DNA of 64,000 nucleotides from Macrostomum lignano (Eukaryota): NCBI GenBank assembly GCA_002269645.1, contig NIVC01000939.1, positions 124,001 to 188,000 of the forward strand, read 5' to 3'. Shown piece by piece: positions 57,501 to 64,000 of this stretch (position 1 is its first letter; each line of letters starts with the position of its first letter). The notes under the pieces were generated by a model. It saw only the letters and a program-made list of their open reading frames with translations, ran no database searches and was not told where the DNA came from. The position numbers and the translations under genes were made by a program.

Positions 57501-59003
57501 TTTTGTCAGTAATAAAAGTATGTTGGCATAAATTGGTATATTGAGCTAGGGAAGCAATTTTTGTTCTGGCATACAGCTATACAAGTTACAATCCTGACCC
57601 TGGCACATGCTTACACACAACCAAAGGATTCACCTGGCCATTTCTATTGGCAACACATATATAAGTTGCTATTGGATAGAGAATAGTAGTCATATGATTG
57701 CTTTCAGTCAATAGTGAATTGCATGTGTATATTGCTGATAGAAATGGCTAAGTGATTCCCAAGGTTGCACATGGTAGATATATCTAGATTGGTCTATAGG
57801 ATTTTTTTATTATAGCTAATTTGGTCAGAACTCTATTTAAAAGACTTATGCCTATGGCCATAGTCTGGAAAGTGGCCTTTATGCCAGAATATTTTTTGCT
57901 CTCACTGAAATCTTAGTGTACACTTAGTGCATAGAATTTTTAGGTTCAACATGAAGTGTACAAAGTCGGCGTCAAGTTCAAGGCTAATATAATTCGTAAT
58001 TGTGTAGTTAAGTATCAACAAATGTCAAAAGCTCTTTAAAATAATTTGAAACTAAAACATAAAATAATAACGCAACCTATATAAATGTATTTATACTCAT
58101 GTATATATTCATGTACACCTATGGCTATATAAGTTTTATTTATAGTGACAGTGCTAATTATTTCCACTATATAAGGGTATTATAATTATTTTTAAGAATT
58201 ATATAAGCCTACACTGCCTTTCATGCTTAAATCAATGCACAAGTTGGGGCAGAAGTCTTATTCAGCAAAGTAACTTGGGTTTGCATCAATTACTACAACC
58301 AAAATTCCACAAAACTGCCGAGGAAATAAGCAGGTATTATATTATTGACATGACAGACACCAATTACACGGCGCCATGGTGATATTTTTGTTATTGGCAC
58401 GGGATTGTGGAAAAAACATTGATATACATTTATTTATCATTATTTTAATAACCTACGCCTACATTGGTATCCATCCATATGCTAAGAATTATTGATCTTT
58501 TACAAGAAGTTTGTAGACAGTTGAATTACAAACAGTGATGTCACCGATTCGAATGAGGCTGACGCTGTCACCGAAGCTCGGATAGGTAGTAGTAGTAAGT
58601 AGTAGTAAGTTTGGCTCAGGCAAGGAGCCTGTTTTGCCAATATTATACGATGTATTTATTTAGTATTTGTTCACAGAGTAGTAGTAGTAGTAAGAGAATT
58701 TGGCTCAGGCAATTAGCCTGTTTGGGCTTGGCCAATATATTATAGAGCTATGTAGAGTTAAATATTTTTTAGGTTCCTTGAAAAGAAAGAAATTAAATTC
58801 TAAGTTGTTTTTAACAAAAATTTATGTTTTTTTGCACAGTTTTTTGAAAGCTTTGAAATTAGCACAGTAAATTTTTTTTAAAAGCCGTAGTTATTTACAA
58901 AAAGCTTTTAAATATATGCATTATTTTATGCATTTATTGGAGCACACGATCGTAATGATCGTCGCCCTTGAAGTGTCACTCACGTTGCGCACGTTTATAC
59001 CAT
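54571..59003 (-). CDS. GMF: Glia maturation factor (ADF-H family); main exon 54571-55011, probable ATG-only first exon 59001-59003
   Basis: KLKKFRLRKEKNVAAIVLKID, ELSEHQPRY, DGRVTYPLMFIFSTP, LTKVFEIR...L.EEWL..KL match GMF-beta/gamma. Acceptor TTGCAG|GCG at 55012/55011 and ATG|GTATAA at 59001/59000 (first exon is inferred). Confidence 0.88.
57050..57149 (+). mobile_element. Possible LTR 3' end plus tRNA-Leu-like primer-binding site
   Basis: ...CTGTTACA (ends 57128) followed by TGGTGGCAATAGAGGGAT (57132-57149), 14/18 identical to the common PBS TGGTGGCAGCGGTGGGAT. Confidence 0.35.
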
Positions 59004-59354
59004 CTATTTTGTCGCTGGCCCCATAGCTGTCAACCGACTATATCCACGTTCTCTTGCTAGCTGTTAGTAGCCGTTATTGGTTATTACCTTCCAAATTATT
59101 TTTAGTTTATTTAGGCCTGTCAGTATCAATCCTCAACTTGGTTTCTTGACTTAAGTTTCTTTTAAAGGCTGCTGGGTAATTTTTCCTCCAGTTTAGTTTT
59201 CAATCTGGATAGAAATAGGCCTATTCTTCGCTAGCTAAAATATACTTCGAATCATCTAGTTAGATTATATTTAATATTTATTTTTATTGGTTGGAAAGTT
59301 GGATTTATACTTAAAAATAGTAATTAAATATCTCAAAAACAGACCAGCCTAGGC
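59004..59354. promoter_or_regulatory. Putative bidirectional promoter between GMF and KPNB1
   Basis: Divergent ATGs at 59003 (-) and 59355 (+), each followed by a first intron of about 4 kb. Confidence 0.55.
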
Positions 59355-62300
59355 ATGAGCATTGTGACTGTTCTAGAAAACTCACTTTCTCAAGGTAAGA
59401 ATAAGTTTGTTGATTTTTACTTTCTTATAACTACACTAGAGCTGCACTTACTATAGTTGACCTAGAATAAGACTAAGTAATTATTTGTTGAACAGTATAT
59501 CTTAGCTAGGCTAGGCCTACTAGGTCCTATTATTCAATGAAAAATAAGACTAGTTAGGCCTACTAGCTTATTTTTGTTTATAGGTATATGGCAGGGGTAT
59601 CCACACTTTTTGATGCTTATGCTTTTTGGTGCCTGTCATTTTGGTGCCCTAGCTTGCTTTTTGGTACCCAAATTATACATTAGAATTGGACACAAAATAT
59701 AGAGATTGAGCCCTAATTTAGCAGTAAGTGCTTTGTCTTTGCAGTACTTATTTACTTTAAAAAATAAGGTATTATTCATTTAGTTAAGCTGACCTGCTAT
59801 TTTAATTAAAAAATGGTTTTTGATTACTTGATTCGATTTACTTCCATGTTATTATAGCCGCGTGTCTCAGCTGCATCAAAATTTTTAAACTAATGCCCCA
59901 AATGTGCTTGTAATAAAATCATAGATTATGGTCTAATAGTTATGCCCAAAAAGATTTCAGTTTATTAAATAATACTCGCTTTATTTCCTAGGCAGTTTTA
60001 TGAAATAAAACATGATTGGATGATTCAAAAAATCAATACTGACTAAAATACATGTAGACTTGTCACATTTCATACATGTAGTATCGTTGATGGATTTCAA
60101 CTTTCCTAAGTCTTCATAGCACTAGCATGCTTGCTGAGTGCAGCCAGCTTGTATTGTATATACAAGATATAGCAAATATATGCAATTAAATTGAACAGAT
60201 TTTTCTAATTTAAAGAAACCTGCTAGTTCAACAAAATTAATACTGCTTTTATTAGGTATATTAAACATTTTGTAAAGTATTTTTTAAATTTGTTATAAGA
60301 TTTCTTTTTTATTATCATCATTTTGGTGTAATATAAAGTGGAGCACCAAAAGGCAATCAATCTAAGGCACCAAAATTCATGGAAACCTATGGCAGGTAGA
60401 TTACAGTTGTTTCAGTGATAAGACATTTTGATGACAGTTGTTTTGGTGACAAGCAAAAGTCAATTTGGTGACAAAAAATTACCTTTTGCTTTGGTGATGT
60501 CCATTTTGTTTTTAAATAGTAAATTATCTTGCAAATCTTGAGAGATATCAAACCTTGAATTTTTAATAATTTTCTGCAATGGTAGAGTATTGCTTTGTTT
60601 AATTTGTTTATTTACAATTCCAAAGTTGCAATCTTTTGAATTTATATGTTTTCCAATCTAATTTCTATTGTTTCTAGTGAATCCATATTCCAGATCTTGT
60701 AGTATAAGCCCAAAAATTTGGGCGTGCATTGGCCTTGCATGCCAAAAGTAGGCATACACATATGGCATATATCATTCCTAAGGGTATGTACTTTATTGAA
60801 TCATGCAAAAGAGTTATTGTAAAGTAGACAAAAAAGTAAAAAAGTTCATTTTTAAGCATTCATTTCCTGTTTTACAGTTTTTTTAGGCTTGTAATAAGGC
60901 ATTTAAACAAATCTTTGCATTTATCAATTTTCCACTATAAATAGTATTGCCAAAAAAGCAGAAAAATTAACCAAAAGATCTATCAAAAAAGGGTCTATTA
61001 TGTAATGAAAAGAAAAAATGTCATTTATTATCAGAATGTAAAAAAGGTCATTTATTGTCACAACACTGATGGAGTTTTAATAATAGGCATGCACTCATTA
61101 TTTTTTGGCATGCATTTGTAACTATCAATTTTTGTTTGGGCATGCACCCAGCATGATCTGGACTATGGTAGTAAATATCTCTGTTTTTCTCATAGTCAGA
61201 ATTTCATGAGGATTCTCTAGGTTTATGGTCTGTGTCTAAATATTCTGGGACAATTCAAAACAATCTGCACAAAAAGAAAACTATATCATTAGTTCAATTT
61301 TTTTCATTTTTCTATATACTAATCTTTCAATAGAAATTTTCAAATATGAACAAAATATGAACAAAATAACTACAAGCTGATATTATAAAGCACCTGTTGC
61401 TAAAATGACTGTACTTATAAATTATTACAGTTTTTATCAAAAAATGAAGTATGTCTGTAACAAAAGCAACTTGTCATCAAAACAACTATTTATTACCAAA
61501 ATGTCTATCACAAAAATGACCAGTACCCATGGCAGGCTGCCTTTTGAATGCCATTGCATATTTTCTTAGAGTTTGTATATTTCTAGATTTTATTCATTGA
61601 CATTGTTTTTTATTTTTGTATTTTTTGGCTTTGTAAGCTTTTAAGTCTAAAATGGCAAAGGGAAAGCAATAATATGTTTGTGCTAGATAATTTTATATTA
61701 CATTTTGTAACTTAATTAAAATTGCACTTACTATTTATAGATTTGACATTAGGCCTATAAGCTCAGTTTTTAGATCCAACTAAAAACCAAAATAAAAAAG
61801 CAGCTTTTTAAATTCGCAACAATAATGGCCAATGCACTAAGATAATATGAGGGTCAAAAGATGGCATCCATATATTAAAAATGGTTTGTTGGTAGATAGA
61901 TAGCTATTTATATAATCAATTTAAAAAATGGCTTAACCAATCTTTTTAATAATAACAACAACAACCAAAAATTATATTGCCTTGCAAGCAAAGTCACAAA
62001 GTAAGGTATATTGGATGGCATATCATCATCAACGGAGCCTAAAAATAGATAAACTCTACCTTATTGGCAGTGTTAGGAACCCTAATATTGCATAAAAGGC
62101 AGCCCTATTGCAGCGCATGGCTTAAGTACGCCAGACGCCTACACAACCTGCGCCACGCTGTGAAATGACTTACCTATGAAAGAAACTCTAAAGCAAAATT
62201 AACGCAGTTTTGGGTAAACGGCAGGAGTAACTATGACTGTCTTATCAAGCCTAAATGCCTCGGCATCTAATTAGTACCGCGCCGCGCCGTACTAATCGCC

Positions 62301-63984
62301 GCGCGCCGTACGCGCCGCGCCGCGCCGTATTAGATCCGCGCCGGACGCCGTCCGCCAAAATGCCCATGCGCTGCAATCAGGAAAGGCAGTTTACATATAG
62401 ATAGGTTTGGCCTTGACCCCGCCTGAAATTCTTTAAACTTGCACCATTCAATCAGAAATTTTCCTATGATAGTATATCTATGTGTCTTGGCTTAAAAATT
62501 GCTCAATGTTAAAGGGAATAAATATAAAAAAAACATGCTTTTTTGCAAAGGCCAAGCAGACTTTTTGACTTTAAATACATTGCAAGAATGCTAGATACAA
62601 AACTGATTAGCTGAATTCTAATGCTACTAAAAATTGTATCATAATTATATATAATATCTATAGAAAAAAGAATAAGCTTGATTAGATAGAAACCATGGCA
62701 ACAGAACCAAAACTGTTGACAATTTTCTAAAGATAAAAATATTAAGAAATTGATTTTCTTATTTAACAGTTCTTGAATCCAAGACATCTATGTTGTCTCA
62801 AATCTAGAATTGTTGCATACTCTGTCTCCCCCTCTTTAAACCCTTTTCCCTAATGTCTAAAACTAGTATAGATTGTTATATTCAAAGATACCAACCCCTG
62901 CAACAAATTAGACCAAATTTAGCATGGTTAACTATATAAGCAAATTAATTAAAAATATTAAAAAAATGAAAACAATTTAAATTTTGTTTTGCAAACCTCT
63001 TTTCTAAAGTTATGTATTAGTCAATCAAATTTTGAAATATCATTTTGTTATATCAACATAGTATATCAAGATTAATGAGCATTAATTTGAATGCTAGAAT
63101 TTTTTGTATCATTAGATATGTTTAATTGATTTCATCATTTTGAATATACTTTATGAAGCAATTAATGAGAGGACTAAATTAGAAAAATAGGAAAACTTAC
63201 AAAATTCTCTTGTAAAATATCTATAACTTTTGGCTTTTTATGTCTGCTTATAATATCCATGAATATAAATTAAATAATATATATTTAAATTAAGATTTTT
63301 AACATTTATAGGCTTTCAAAATATCACTAAAGTTCCTACTATGGGTTTGTATGATAATTTAGAGGAAATTAGATAATCTTTCAGTTTTAGTCTATTAATA
63401 CCATAGTTAGGATGGATTAAAGTAATTATTTGCTATTGCTCTGTGTGTACTATCTATATGCCAGAACTTTAGGGTCCTACATTTTTGTGTGCAAAACAAG
63501 ACACATTAAAACAATAATACAGGCATGGTTAGTAGAATAAGTAGTATTTGCTAATAATGGCTTGTATGGTTCTTAATTGTAGTAAAAAGTCAATGGGCTA
63601 ATTACATTTAATTTGTATGCAATACCCAAGTTTCCCATTCAACAACTTGTTGTAGACAAGTCCCAGCGCGAGACTGCGCTTAACTTCCTGCAAGATGCAG
63701 CCAACCAGAATCTGGTGAGTTAGAGTTATTGGTGTGTGCAGCTGTGTTAATTATCCTGCCATTAGCAGCTGGATAAAACCCGGTGGGCCTCCCTGTTCCA
63801 GGTGCAATTCTTACGCCAGCTGTCCGAGATCCTGCGCGATGTCAACAACACCACCTTCGTCAGGATGCAGGCCGGCCTGCAGCTCAAGAACCAGCTGTAC
63901 TCCAAGAATAGCTCAGTCAGGATGCAGCTGGGCCAGCGGTGGCTCACCATTCCGGAGGCTGACAGGAGCTACATTAAAGAGAAC
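59355..63984 (+). CDS. KPNB1: Importin subunit beta-1, first three exons 59355-59394, 63656-63714, 63802-63984 (continues beyond window)
   Basis: MSIVTVLENSLSQD-KSQRETALNFLQDAANQNL-VQFLRQLSEILRDVNNTTFVRMQAGLQLKNQLYSK...QRWL. GT-AG ends; exon sizes 40/59/183 nt with compatible phases. Confidence 0.9.
62212..62275 (+). pseudogene. Short degenerate 28S rRNA fragment spanning the R2 / I-PpoI target region, in KPNB1 intron 1
   Basis: GGGTAAACGGCAGGAGTAACTATGACTGTCTTATCAAGCCTAAATGCCTCGGCATCTAATTAGT versus canonical 28S GGGTAAACGGCGGGAGTAACTATGACTCTCTTAAGGTAGCCAAATGCCTCGTCATCTAATTAGT. Confidence 0.85.
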
Positions 63985-64000
63985 GTAAGCTGTCATTCTT

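Overview
Eukaryotic (animal) genomic DNA, annotated by eye without tools. GC3-rich exons, GT-AG introns packed with minisatellites and decayed transposons resemble a free-living flatworm such as Macrostomum, but this is an inference. Recognisable spliced host genes: CFAP100 (-), an NPY/NPF-receptor-like class A GPCR (-), mitochondrial EF-G1/GFM1 (+), a lipase resembling Geobacillus/Staphylococcus family I.5/I.6 enzymes (+), glycerate kinase GLYCTK (-), glia maturation factor GMF (-) and the first three exons of importin beta KPNB1 (+, head-to-head with GMF). The best candidate for an undescribed system is at 2.2-5.9 kb. It is a tandem trio of two-exon secreted precursors (signal peptide, acidic spacer, phase-0 intron, QQKW). 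In two copies this is followed by an extremely cationic (LPRIR)n and amphipathic Lys/Arg segment, resembling a lineage-specific antimicrobial or toxin peptide family. It is invisible in the ORF track because the coding frame lacks its own start codon. Also notable: an intronless multi-LRAT/NlpC-P60 repeat membrane protein abutting a piggyBac remnant, a Ginger1-like element with CCGG TSD, two solo LTRs with TSDs in or next to a Gypsy remnant, minisatellites that duplicate splice donors and stop codons, and a 28S rRNA fragment altered at the R2/I-PpoI site.
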